Assembly (NCBI GenBank): GCA_963791815.1
Contig: CAWBTT010000002.1
Span: 472,086-536,085, forward strand
Direction: 5' to 3'
From: an uncultured Candidatus Micrarchaeota archaeon
Lineage (GTDB): Archaea; Micrarchaeota; Micrarchaeia; Anstonellales; Bilamarchaeaceae
Length of the DNA: 64,000 nt
In this document: in pieces, positions 28,789 through 38,456 of the stretch
Position numbering within the stretch: position 1 is the first letter of the stretch
How the letters are laid out: every line of letters starts with the position of its first letter
Notes under the pieces: model-generated
Databases searched by the model: none
The model's input: the letters and a program-made list of their open reading frames with translations, nothing else
What the model was told of the DNA's origin: nothing
Made by a program: the position numbers and the translations under genes

Positions 28789-29666
28789 CTGTAAATCTCA
28801 TTCTCAAGACAGCTTATGAGGTCAAGCTGTTCTGTTGGTTTGTCGCCAGTTCTTCCCTTGTACCATTCCTCACAGCTTTTCTCATTCTCTGCTGTGTAGT
28901 GTGCAAGAGAAACATAGATGTCTTCTCTACTGGCAATGCCAAGAGCAAAAAGGTACTGGAGTATACTCTTGAACTCCTCGATAACATATGACCTTTTTCT
29001 TGAAACTCTGAGCCTTCGAAGGTCAGTGATTTTCAGGTCATTTTCATTAAGCAGAATATTGTTGAGTGTAAATCTTCCTATGATAAGGTTGTTTGAGTGG
29101 AGTGACGATATCTTTTCAGTGAGCATCTCCATTAGCTTCCCACGATTTTCCTTGTCTAAATCATCCACATCGACATACTGAACATCTCCCCTGGCGATTC
29201 TTCTGTCAAATGCCCAGGATTCCGTGTCGACTCTTGAAACTACATAATCATTTCCAAGAACAGTTCTCAGGTATCCGACCACATTCTCAAGTGCGCCCTT
29301 TACTTTTCCATATGCGTTGTAAAGTGCCTGCGCAATCTCCCTTGCAGTCTTTCTGAGTATATAAGTAGCATTCTTGTGCCTGAAACTGATGCTGTCTGCT
29401 CCATCTCTGGCAGCGACCCGATACAGTTCAGTCAGGTCTGTCCCCATCCTATAGTCTATTTTCTTGACCTTGATTGTCGGAGAAGCAGAATCCTTCCATT
29501 CATATTCTAAAGTAACCTTGTCGCCGCTTTCCTTTTTCTTGGATGAAATCGGCACTTCTTTTGTGAATTCAGGCAACTCATAATCCTCGTGCTTGCCTGC
29601 TTCCAGCTCCTGAAGTCTCTCATCAGCAGCTGGAATGTGCGATTCTGCGAATTCTGTTTTCTTCAT
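28785..29666 (-). CDS. Hypothetical protein with degenerate protein-kinase-like C-lobe
   Basis: LHSNNLIIGRFTLNNILL..KITDL; AGGTGA SD before ATG at 29666. Confidence 0.55.
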   Translation of the reverse strand: MKKTEFAESHIPAADERLQELEAGKHEDYELPEFTKEVPISSKKKESGDKVTLEYEWKDSASPTIKVKKIDYRMGTDLTELYRVAARDGADSISFRHKNATYILRKTAREIAQALYNAYGKVKGALENVVGYLRTVLGNDYVVSRVDTESWAFDRRIARGDVQYVDVDDLDKENRGKLMEMLTEKISSLHSNNLIIGRFTLNNILLNENDLKITDLRRLRVSRKRSYVIEEFKSILQYLFALGIASREDIYVSLAHYTAENEKSCEEWYKGRTGDKPTEQLDLISCLENEIYS

Positions 29667-29747
29667 AGGGCTGGTCACCTTATTACTACGAATATATATC
29701 TTAGGCCACTAACTGTTTATAAATGTGTGTATCAATACGTCGATTGC

Positions 29748-30491
29748 CTAATCGGTCTCAATTCTTGGCGCAAGGTAGTATACGACGTGTGCGCCCTCAA
29801 TATCATATTCAAGCTTCAGGGGCCTGTCAGTTTCCAGGTTGATTTTTACTTGTGAGCTTGCGGAAGTGGCTTTGACCATGTCTTCGAGGTACTGGAGCGG
29901 AAATGTTGCCTTCACTCCCTGAGCGGTGCTTATTTCCGGAACTTCTGGGCTTCCTTTCTCGAATTCGGCCCGTACGTCCCCATTTTCCCCTCTGACATCC
30001 ACCACAAACTGCTCAGGGCTAAGGTGCAGCCTCACATGTGAGCTGATGAGTTTAGCATCTTTAAGCGTCTCCTTTAAGGCATCTGCCTTGACATTTGCGT
30101 AGCTGTTGAATTCTATTTTGGGCTCTTTCTGAACCCTGTCCCCGGTCTCAATCAATGGGACCTTGAACGTTCTCTTGTGCTTATCCCCAAGGAACCTGAC
30201 AACCAATCGCCCCTCCTCGGTGGTAATCTCCGCCTTCTCTCCTCTTTTTCCTCTTGCGAGAACGTTTGAGAGCTGGCTTATGTCTATTCCTAGCTTCATT
30301 TCCTCAGGAACACTGTATTCGACAAAAGCCTCCTTGGGCATCCTGAATGAAACCATGGAAATCTGAGATGGGTCCATAGCCTTGAAGTTCAGGCCCTCTG
30401 CATTTAGCTCAAACTGGCCTTCCTCAACGAGACAAACAATAGAATCGATAGCCGACTTAAGGGCTGGAGCGTCCTGTATTACAAGCTTCAT
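29748..30491 (-). CDS. pcn: PCNA sliding clamp
   Basis: AMDPSQI, PLKLEY, YYLAPRIE; 247 aa. Confidence 0.96.
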   Translation of the reverse strand: MKLVIQDAPALKSAIDSIVCLVEEGQFELNAEGLNFKAMDPSQISMVSFRMPKEAFVEYSVPEEMKLGIDISQLSNVLARGKRGEKAEITTEEGRLVVRFLGDKHKRTFKVPLIETGDRVQKEPKIEFNSYANVKADALKETLKDAKLISSHVRLHLSPEQFVVDVRGENGDVRAEFEKGSPEVPEISTAQGVKATFPLQYLEDMVKATSASSQVKINLETDRPLKLEYDIEGAHVVYYLAPRIETD

Positions 30492-30539
30492 AGAAATTCC
30501 TCCCGCTATGATATTGTTAATAACTATAATATACTTTGC

Positions 30540-30601
30540 GGCAACTCGGAAGCTACTCTTGTCATCATTGATCAGTCTGGGACGGTCTCCTCATCGTTGC
30601 C
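30540..30601 (-). ncRNA. Box C/D guide sRNA (predicted 23S Gm2251 and Um2438, E. coli numbering)
   Basis: GGCAAC/GTTGCC terminal stem, C ATGAGGA, 12-nt guide, D' CTGA, C' ATGATGA, 12-nt guide, D CCGA. Confidence 0.88.
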
Positions 30602-30609
30602 TAGTATTA

Positions 30610-32013
30610 CTATTGAGGGGGCGGGTTTAAATCAGGAGGAGGTTCAGGTTTCCATCCGGGCCTGAAATCGTCTGGGAGCATATCCACTTCAACAACCAGA
30701 AATCTGCCGATTCGTCGCGTGGCCCCAACCTCTTCTTCAAGGAATGGGGGCACAACTGCAGCCGACTGTTGGCACCCCCCCTCCAGCCACTGATTGTGTT
30801 CGTTCTGCTCGCTCACGCAAATCAAAGTGAACTCTCCTTGTGGAGAAAGGGCAATCCCTGCTGCATCGACCCAGTATCCCAGGCCACCCCCACCTATCAT
30901 TGCCAATTGGATGTCTGGGTACTCCTGCTTAAGTTCAAGCAGTCCCTGCCATTCCTCAGTTTCTATGATTGGGTGGGTGTTTTGTGCAGAGCCAACAAAC
31001 CCTGCCGCAACGAAAAGCAGCAGCACTATTGACACTCCCATGAATGCTGTCCGGTCTTTCCAGAAGTATCCTGCTCCGAGCGCTGCCAGAATGGCGACCA
31101 GAACATAAGTATCCCAAACAAATCTGGGTGCCCAGTCTGGCCTGACAAACAATGTTTGAGAAAGTAAAAACGCAACTACGAGCCAAGGGATGAAAAGCGC
31201 CTGTCTTTTCCTGCTTAGCATTGCAACTGCAAGGAACGCGGGAATAAGGAAAATGGAATACTCATCAATCAGGGATGCGCTCAAAGCCCCATGGCCATAC
31301 AGACCGACAACCCCAACCTCGCCCGAAGAGACATCCCAACCTTTGAGCAGGATTATCACCAGTCCTGCGGCAAGCAACACTGCGAACATCCCAACACAGA
31401 ATAAATGTTCTTTCTCAAGTTTTTTCTCTTTCCAGTAGTGCAATGCAGGAAACAATGCCAGGAATGGGGCAACGCTGAATACGATGTAACCCGAGGTTGA
31501 GAAGTGGCTTCCAACCATGAGGCCGGCAAACAACACAGTAAGCACTGCATTCTTGATTTCAAACTTATCAGTGGTTCTTATCAGAAAATAAATAAACCAG
31601 GCAGCAAAGAAAAGACCAACCTCGTTCTTGAGCAAATCTCCCATCATGAACATGTTTGTCGGTGAGAATGCGGCGAAGAATGCCGCCAGCAATCCCACTG
31701 CCTTGTTCCCGCTGACATATTCGGAAATCTTGTAAACCGGAAACGCTATCCCAGCAGACGCAAGTGCAATTGCCACCTTGAAACCAAGCATCATCTCAAA
31801 GACTGAGACAAATGCCGCAGTGTAATAGAAAGCAATTGGCGGATCATTCACCTGAGGGTACCCCTGAGTGAAAATCTCCCCAATGTGCTTGACATAGTAT
31901 CCGGCATCATTATTGTGAATCAGGACGCTCTGGGTAGAGAAATATAGTTTGAGGATTAGGGCTATCAAAAATATCGCTGCCAGTAACCACGCGTAATCTC
32001 TCTGCCCGTTCAT
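30610..32013 (-). CDS. Multi-TM GT-C-like (glycosyltransferase 39/ArnT-like) membrane protein
   Basis: DAGYY, DPP loop, AAFFAAFSP, LKN, more than ten TMs. Confidence 0.6.
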   Translation of the reverse strand: MNGQRDYAWLLAAIFLIALILKLYFSTQSVLIHNNDAGYYVKHIGEIFTQGYPQVNDPPIAFYYTAAFVSVFEMMLGFKVAIALASAGIAFPVYKISEYVSGNKAVGLLAAFFAAFSPTNMFMMGDLLKNEVGLFFAAWFIYFLIRTTDKFEIKNAVLTVLFAGLMVGSHFSTSGYIVFSVAPFLALFPALHYWKEKKLEKEHLFCVGMFAVLLAAGLVIILLKGWDVSSGEVGVVGLYGHGALSASLIDEYSIFLIPAFLAVAMLSRKRQALFIPWLVVAFLLSQTLFVRPDWAPRFVWDTYVLVAILAALGAGYFWKDRTAFMGVSIVLLLFVAAGFVGSAQNTHPIIETEEWQGLLELKQEYPDIQLAMIGGGGLGYWVDAAGIALSPQGEFTLICVSEQNEHNQWLEGGCQQSAAVVPPFLEEEVGATRRIGRFLVVEVDMLPDDFRPGWKPEPPPDLNPPPQ

Positions 32014-32071
32014 CTACTATTTTATGGCAAGAAACTCTTAATAAATGGGTGTCACAAAAAACCCGAAACAA

Positions 32072-33079
32072 TCACTCCACTTTATACTGCCGGACTTTCA
32101 CTCCAGCATCTTTCAGAAGTTGCATCGGTGTCTCTGCCATGGCATAATCAACATTGTATACTACTTCCTTGATGCCGGCGTTGATAATCATCCTTGTGCA
32201 GTATAGGCATGGCGAAAATGTAGTGTAAATTGAGCTGTCCTTGATGCTGATTCCGTGGTAGGATGCCTGGACAATCGCATTCTCCTCCCCATGGCTGCAA
32301 AGGCATTCTTCCAGGTTTTTCCCTGATTCTGAGAAACCATTGCATCTTGGGCATCCACCTTCAGAGCAGTTCTTTGTTCCTCTTGGGGTTCCATTGTAAC
32401 CAGTTGAAATTATCCTCTTGTCTTTGACGATAATCGCAGCAACCTTTCTTTTCATGCAGTTGCTTCTCGTCGCAACCATCTTCGCAATCTTCATGAAGTA
32501 TTCATCCCAGCTTGGTCTGCTTAGTCTAAACTCATCAGAAAGTTCTGCGAGCAAAGCATCTATCCTATCATCCAAGTCACTGAAGCTGCCGTCATTTGTG
32601 AGTTTTTTGTCTGCCAGTACGAATGTTCCCTTCAAGTTCTGCTTTGTCTTGTCAGTGTTCTCCATCTCCATTTTTTCGATCTGGGCAAAAGCATCATATG
32701 TCTGGGGGTCTTCCTCCCTCTGCCTTGATTTGATTCTTTCAAATCTGGTTTCTGAAGGCGCAGTAACATAGAACAAGAAAAAGCGCCCGAGCTTTTTCAA
32801 CTCCTCAACTTCGGCAGGATTCCGAATAGAATCAATAACATAGTTCTTGTCTTCCTGGATTTTTTCCGCGATTCGTTTTCCGAGCGCGCCTGGCCCGTGC
32901 TTCTCTCTAAGTTCATTGCCTTTTTTGATAAGATTCTCCCTTGTAATCTGCTTCCCTTCTGCCCTGACTTCCTCACGTATCGCATCTGAAAGTGAATAAT
33001 AGTAGAAGCTTTTTGTCTTCAGATATTCTGCGATTGTGCTCTTGCCAGCGCAGTTCTCACCAGTAAGTCCGATAATCAT
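32072..33079 (-). CDS. P-loop kinase-dCMP deaminase fusion
   Basis: IIGLTGENCAGKST, IDSIRN; RPSWDEYFM, TGYNG, HGEENA, SPCLYC. Confidence 0.9.
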   Translation of the reverse strand: MIIGLTGENCAGKSTIAEYLKTKSFYYYSLSDAIREEVRAEGKQITRENLIKKGNELREKHGPGALGKRIAEKIQEDKNYVIDSIRNPAEVEELKKLGRFFLFYVTAPSETRFERIKSRQREEDPQTYDAFAQIEKMEMENTDKTKQNLKGTFVLADKKLTNDGSFSDLDDRIDALLAELSDEFRLSRPSWDEYFMKIAKMVATRSNCMKRKVAAIIVKDKRIISTGYNGTPRGTKNCSEGGCPRCNGFSESGKNLEECLCSHGEENAIVQASYHGISIKDSSIYTTFSPCLYCTRMIINAGIKEVVYNVDYAMAETPMQLLKDAGVKVRQYKVE

Positions 33080-33132
33080 AATAACACCAGAACTCGTCAG
33101 TATCAATTGTGGTTGCAAAGGTTAAATACCTT

Positions 33133-33699
33133 TCAGCTGACCTTTTTCCATCCTGAATAATGGAAAATCGCAAATACAATTCCAAGCAGAATGGGTTTGA
33201 GCATCCTTGGTACCTCCGCGAAGAACTCCTGATAATTTTCACTGAATGAGCAGAACGGCTCAAACCAGGAGCTGAACCCAAAGAAATGTCCTATCGCAAG
33301 CGACCAGAATATGGCAAGCGAGAACAGCCCTGCATGCGGAATCTTCATCTTATTGATGAAATACACAATCGTCACCCAAAGGGCAATCCAAAGCACGCTC
33401 GCAATAACCGGCCCCAGAAAACCAACCTGGATAAACACCTCTCTTGCAAGCGGATTGTATTCTCGCAGCGGGTCGGTAAAAGTCCCTCTTGCAGTAATTA
33501 CAATATCCAAAGTCCCGAAAATGGTCCAGAAAACAATTGGCGGTGCAAAGGCCCACAGCTCTTCCTCAAGATCCCCGCGCATGTAGAACCAGGCAGCTGC
33601 CCAGATGCAAGTTATTATCGAGCCTATTGTAAGCAGCTGGACGTAAAGCACATCTCCGCTTCCTAGTATCTCAGTGTAGTTGCACATTTCATCCTGCAT
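33133..33699 (-). CDS. Hypothetical membrane protein
   Basis: About five TMs, DIVIT..EYNPL motif. Confidence 0.65.
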   Translation of the reverse strand: MQDEMCNYTEILGSGDVLYVQLLTIGSIITCIWAAAWFYMRGDLEEELWAFAPPIVFWTIFGTLDIVITARGTFTDPLREYNPLAREVFIQVGFLGPVIASVLWIALWVTIVYFINKMKIPHAGLFSLAIFWSLAIGHFFGFSSWFEPFCSFSENYQEFFAEVPRMLKPILLGIVFAIFHYSGWKKVS

Positions 33700-35038
33700 G
33701 TTCTGCGGGCGCGCCTAATTTGCACGAACCATCCTCGCACCGGAATCCCGTTCCACAATCTTCAATTACATATTCGATTGTGTCGTTTTCACAGTAATAC
33801 TCTTTGAGGGTTTTTCCATCCACGCAGCTATCCTCGTATGAGCTTTCAAGCCCAGTTATCTTGCCCTTTGTCCTTATTGCCATTCCATAATCACTGTCAA
33901 AACAATCTGGGGCAGTTACATTCTCTTCATCTTGTGTTTTGTTCTCTCCCATGCACTTCCCATCCGAACAGAGATATCCTTCTGGGCAGTTGCTTGTGAC
34001 ACTCACGACATATCCTCTATCACAGTAGTAATCTGTGACGTGTGTCGAATTCTTGCACTTATCTGTTATGTCGTATCCGGTTATGTTCACCGTTTCTTTC
34101 TTGTAGCTGCTATATGCCACATATTCAGCATAGCATCCTTTGATTCGGCAAGCATTCTTGTAGCACTCGTTTCCACCCGTACAAGTTACCGTTTTATTCG
34201 CTACATTGTTTCCATCACAATAATATTCCAGTGCTGTTTTCCTGTCCAGGCACCTGTCAATGAATTTGATTCCGTCCACCTCTACACACCCCATGGAGCT
34301 TTCATTCATGGTCAACTCAGAATCAATACAGGCCCCTTCCTCAGAAACCAAAGTCTCGTTCACTTGCACAGTCTCGTTTTGAATCTCATCTGGCTCATCG
34401 GTTGCAGATTCCTCAGTTTTATTCGAGTATCTGAAACTCGAGACAAACCTTTCCTTCAGCATCTTTGCAGTTTCCATCTCATCGGCAAATATTCTGACTC
34501 CGTACCTGGCTTGTTTTTCTGTATCGTAAATTTCCAATGCGTATCCATCTTTGGAGGCGCTGGCCTGCGACTTATCCAAATTCTCTGCTCTCAGGGAAAA
34601 TTCCATTTCAGCTACTGAAAAGCCCCCTGGTGATTTGTAGGTGCTGATTTCTCCCTTTGATGTCGCCTGGTGAAGAACTCCAATATTATCATGTTTGCTG
34701 CTGCTTTCAAGGAAATCTTTGGCAAGTTCCTCAGAAGTCCCTTCAAGCCCGTGCCCTACCGACGACATATTCATAAAAACGAACAGTAGCGAACTATTGG
34801 TGACATTATCCCCGATGGCGATTACAGCATATGCTGGATAGTTGCTCAAGGTCTCCGCCATCCTTGCGCCCTCCGGGTAGTCAAAGGAAACTCCAATGTT
34901 TTCATAGCTTTCAAATGAAATCTCTGGTCCTTTTCCCTCTTCCCTGCTATCGGTTTCATTCTGCGGAACCTCTGCTGGAAGAGTACAACCGAACAGCAGG
35001 ATTAAGCACACCCCGAACAGGTACAAGTAGCGTCTCAT
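33689..35038 (-). CDS. Surface lipoprotein with Cys-rich repeats
   Basis: LLFGC lipobox-like; three C..D.C..(E/D)YYC..C..G..C..C units. Confidence 0.75.
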   Translation of the reverse strand: MRRYLYLFGVCLILLFGCTLPAEVPQNETDSREEGKGPEISFESYENIGVSFDYPEGARMAETLSNYPAYAVIAIGDNVTNSSLLFVFMNMSSVGHGLEGTSEELAKDFLESSSKHDNIGVLHQATSKGEISTYKSPGGFSVAEMEFSLRAENLDKSQASASKDGYALEIYDTEKQARYGVRIFADEMETAKMLKERFVSSFRYSNKTEESATDEPDEIQNETVQVNETLVSEEGACIDSELTMNESSMGCVEVDGIKFIDRCLDRKTALEYYCDGNNVANKTVTCTGGNECYKNACRIKGCYAEYVAYSSYKKETVNITGYDITDKCKNSTHVTDYYCDRGYVVSVTSNCPEGYLCSDGKCMGENKTQDEENVTAPDCFDSDYGMAIRTKGKITGLESSYEDSCVDGKTLKEYYCENDTIEYVIEDCGTGFRCEDGSCKLGAPAEHAG

Positions 35039-35067
35039 GGTTGAATAGTGGAAGAAAACAATAAAAA

Positions 35068-36807
35068 TCAGAAGTGTTTGTTCAGCATCTTCTTTATCTG
35101 CTGATAGAGATCCTTCTCCTCATCATCGAGCATATCCTGCCTCTGGCTCCAGAGTCCCAGTTCTTCTTTTGTCATGCAGGTGTAGAGCACATCTCCAACA
35201 TTGACGTTCTTTCCAATGTGGATTCCATCGCATGAAATTGCGAGCTGGTCTCCCTTGCTGGCTTCGTTAACCTTCTCTTTCTCTTTTTGGATTTCACGGA
35301 CCTGGCCGACAATCTCTCCGTCGCGGTTCATCAGCCTATAATTTCTCTTCAGCCGCCCTGCAAGAACATCCACACCGAAAATCGCTGGCTTGCATGCTCT
35401 GAATATGTATCCGTCAAGAACCTTCAAGCGTCCGGGGCAGGTGAGTTTTGCCAAGGATTCCTTCTTCAGGGCATCCTTCTCGTTCTGCACCCATTCCTGG
35501 TACTGCTCTATTACTTTGTAAACAATATTGCTGTAGATAATCGGTACCTTGCTGTTCCTGCTCTCCTCCCAAGCCTCATCAAGAATATTAACATTGAAAC
35601 CAAGGATGACTCCCAGGTATTTGTCTTCAATTGCCCCGGCTGCCAGAACATCTTTCTTCGTGACATTCCCAACATCTGCATCCTTGACCGGAATCCCCGC
35701 CCCCTTAAGCAATTGGAGAAGCGCCTCAACAGAGCCAAGGCTGTCTGCCCTTAGTATGACTCCCTGCTCATCGCTTTTATGGAAAATGACCTGCTTGAAC
35801 TGCTGTTCAATCCCTGCAGCGTCCTTCTCAAAATCATGAATCACTTCAAGCGGCGAGCCTGGAATCGCGCCTTCAAGCCCAGGCGCGCAAATCTTAACTC
35901 CTGATGCTGCGACTACTTCATCAACATAAAGGAATTTCTCCTTGCCACCGAGGTTGGGTTCAAGAAGCCCACGCACCCTTGTTTTCTTCACACCTTCAGA
36001 CGTCATGTAGGCAATCTCATCATTTTTCCTGAAGATGCCGTCATAGACAATAACATCAACCGTAGTGCCAAGCCCTTTCTCATCTTTCACTTCAATGATG
36101 CTTCCCTTGCCGCGCCCATTCTCATCGATTTCAAGCCGGTCGCCAAGGAACTTCTGGCTGACTCCTCCGATAAGGACGAGCAGTTCGCTCATTCCTTCAC
36201 GGGTCTTTGCGCTTATCGGTATAATGGCAATCTGCTTGCTGAAATCCTCCACGCGGTCAAAGCGTTCACTGTCAAATCCATACTCTGAAATCTTGCCCAT
36301 AATCTCGTAAAGTTTTTCGTCAAACCTCTGTTTTATGTGCTCAGGCTGCTGGGCAAGCGACTCAAGAAACGATGTGGTGTTCTGGCTCTTCCACCCGCTA
36401 ATCCTGTCGATTTTGTTCGCAGCTAAGATGAATGGCGTCTTGTGCTGCTTCAGAATCTTGATACTTTCAACTGTCTGGGGCTGGAATCCCTGATTTATAT
36501 CTACAAGTAAGATTACCAAATCCGCCAGGCTCCCTCCCCTGTCTCTAAGGTTGGAGAATGCCTCGTGTCCCGGAGTGTCTATGAAAAGAAGCCCTGGAAT
36601 GCTGATTCTCAGGTTCATCTTCTCTGCAAGAGTACCTGCAACTGCGTCAATTGATTTTTTCGAGACATAGCTTGCGCCAATCATCTGAGTGATTCCGCCA
36701 GCCTCTTTCTTGGCAACTGCAGTCCCCCTCACACTGTCGAGAAGGGTAGTTTTTCCATGGTCCACGTGAGCAAGAAGACATATGATTGGTGAGCGTGTAA
36801 ATTTCAT
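35068..36807 (-). CDS. infB: Translation initiation factor aIF5B/IF-2
   Basis: HVDHGKTT, EAGGITQ, DTPGHE, NKID. Confidence 0.96.
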   Translation of the reverse strand: MKFTRSPIICLLAHVDHGKTTLLDSVRGTAVAKKEAGGITQMIGASYVSKKSIDAVAGTLAEKMNLRISIPGLLFIDTPGHEAFSNLRDRGGSLADLVILLVDINQGFQPQTVESIKILKQHKTPFILAANKIDRISGWKSQNTTSFLESLAQQPEHIKQRFDEKLYEIMGKISEYGFDSERFDRVEDFSKQIAIIPISAKTREGMSELLVLIGGVSQKFLGDRLEIDENGRGKGSIIEVKDEKGLGTTVDVIVYDGIFRKNDEIAYMTSEGVKKTRVRGLLEPNLGGKEKFLYVDEVVAASGVKICAPGLEGAIPGSPLEVIHDFEKDAAGIEQQFKQVIFHKSDEQGVILRADSLGSVEALLQLLKGAGIPVKDADVGNVTKKDVLAAGAIEDKYLGVILGFNVNILDEAWEESRNSKVPIIYSNIVYKVIEQYQEWVQNEKDALKKESLAKLTCPGRLKVLDGYIFRACKPAIFGVDVLAGRLKRNYRLMNRDGEIVGQVREIQKEKEKVNEASKGDQLAISCDGIHIGKNVNVGDVLYTCMTKEELGLWSQRQDMLDDEEKDLYQQIKKMLNKHF

Positions 36808-36921
36808 GCCATCACCGCCAACTATTAGTCTCAAGCAAACGTCTTATATATCTGTAAGGAATAAGTACATTTATAAACATTATTAAACACAATAAGTAAT
36901 GTAAGAATACGAGGCGACCAG

Positions 36922-37170
36922 ATGCACAAAGAGATTCACATTCACATAGAAAAATTATCGAGCAGGAAAGTTCTTGAGAGGAAGAAAGCCATCAGGCAAC
37001 TAGTCCGATACCTTCATCACCCTAATGGCTACCTCGCCCGGCTTTCCCTGCACTATGTCTCAGTACATGACCCCTGTTACACTGTCAGGAATATTGCCAG
37101 GCAGGCATTCTACAAAATAGGGGAACCTCCTTCTGAGGGAGACTCCTGGGATAAGGCTTATTTATTCTGA
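36922..37170 (+). CDS. Small HEAT-repeat-like protein
   Basis: ERKKAIRQL, HDPCYTVRNIARQA. Confidence 0.55.
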   Translation: MHKEIHIHIEKLSSRKVLERKKAIRQLVRYLHHPNGYLARLSLHYVSVHDPCYTVRNIARQAFYKIGEPPSEGDSWDKAYLF

Positions 37171-37233
37171 TTGGAATATTCTTTTCATAAAATAATAAAA
37201 ACAACCTCTCCAGACCTTATTCCACTGATTTTC

Positions 37234-38430
37234 ATGGACAGGAATATTATTGTTGAGAAAGGCAGCTATCTGCCAGTAAAGGATTGTGAGGTTGAGCTTG
37301 TTGAAAGAAAGGGCCTTGGCCATCCAGACAGTCTTATAGACGGCGTAATGGAAGAAATAAGCTGTGAACTATCTAAGGCATATATCAATGACTTTGGCAA
37401 AATCCTGCACCACAATGTTGATAAGGGGCTGATTTGCGGCGGAGGAACCAAAGTAGAGTTTGGCGGCGGGGTTTTCACAAAACCAATCTATGTTCTTCTT
37501 ACTGGCCGTGCAACAGACGAAGCCGAAGGAAAAACAATCCCCGTACACCATATCGCCCAGACTACCGCGCACAAATACCTTGAGAAGGCAGTTCCTGACC
37601 TTCAGGTATGTAATGACGTTGAAATCGTATCTAGGATAGCGCATGGCTCATCTGACCTGGTGGAATTATTCCTCAGGGGTCCAAAGGTTCCATTTGCAAA
37701 TGACACTAGTTTTGGCACAGGCTTTGCACCGCTCAGTGACCTTGAGCAGATTACTCTTGCTGCTGAAAAACACCTCAACTCTCCAGAATACAAAGCCCAG
37801 CACCCAGAAGTCGGCCCAGACATTAAAATCATGGGTCTTCGGGAAAAAGACAGACTCAAAATCACAGTCGCCTGCGCATTCATATCCAAACACGTTCCTG
37901 ATATTGACAGCTACGTCAAATTCCGCGACCGTGTCCGTGAGGATGTTCTGAAGGTCGCCAAAGGAATAACTGACATGGAAGTCCAGGTCTTTGTGAACAC
38001 TGCAGATGACATTGAAAACAAATCTGTCTACATCACACTGACAGGGACAAGCGCTGAGATGGGCGACGATGGAAGTGTTGGGAGGGGCAACCGTGTCAAC
38101 GGTCTAATCACCCCATTCCGTTCCATGACTCTTGAGGCCGCAGCGGGAAAGAACCCGGTCAACCATGTCGGAAAGATTTACTCTGTCCTTGCAACTGAAA
38201 TGGCATCCTCAATAGCAAAAGAATATCCCGAGATAGAGGATATCAACATCATTCTGCTCTCCCAGATTGGAAAGCCGATTGACCAGCCTAAAGTCGCCTC
38301 TGTCAATATCATAACTGGGGGAGACTTCGACAAAATGCAGGCTACAATCCGAAGGGAAGTTGACCAGAGGCTTGAGAATGTCACTGAGACGACAAACAAG
38401 ATTGTCTTTGGCAAAGTTCCACTTTTTTAA
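37234..38430 (+). CDS. mat: Archaeal S-adenosylmethionine synthetase
   Basis: ERKGLGHPD, HHNVDK, ANDTS, GDDGSVGRGNR, AAAGKNPVNHVGK. Confidence 0.96.
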   Translation: MDRNIIVEKGSYLPVKDCEVELVERKGLGHPDSLIDGVMEEISCELSKAYINDFGKILHHNVDKGLICGGGTKVEFGGGVFTKPIYVLLTGRATDEAEGKTIPVHHIAQTTAHKYLEKAVPDLQVCNDVEIVSRIAHGSSDLVELFLRGPKVPFANDTSFGTGFAPLSDLEQITLAAEKHLNSPEYKAQHPEVGPDIKIMGLREKDRLKITVACAFISKHVPDIDSYVKFRDRVREDVLKVAKGITDMEVQVFVNTADDIENKSVYITLTGTSAEMGDDGSVGRGNRVNGLITPFRSMTLEAAAGKNPVNHVGKIYSVLATEMASSIAKEYPEIEDINIILLSQIGKPIDQPKVASVNIITGGDFDKMQATIRREVDQRLENVTETTNKIVFGKVPLF

Positions 38431-38456
38431 ACCTTTTTTCACAATATATTCTTTCT

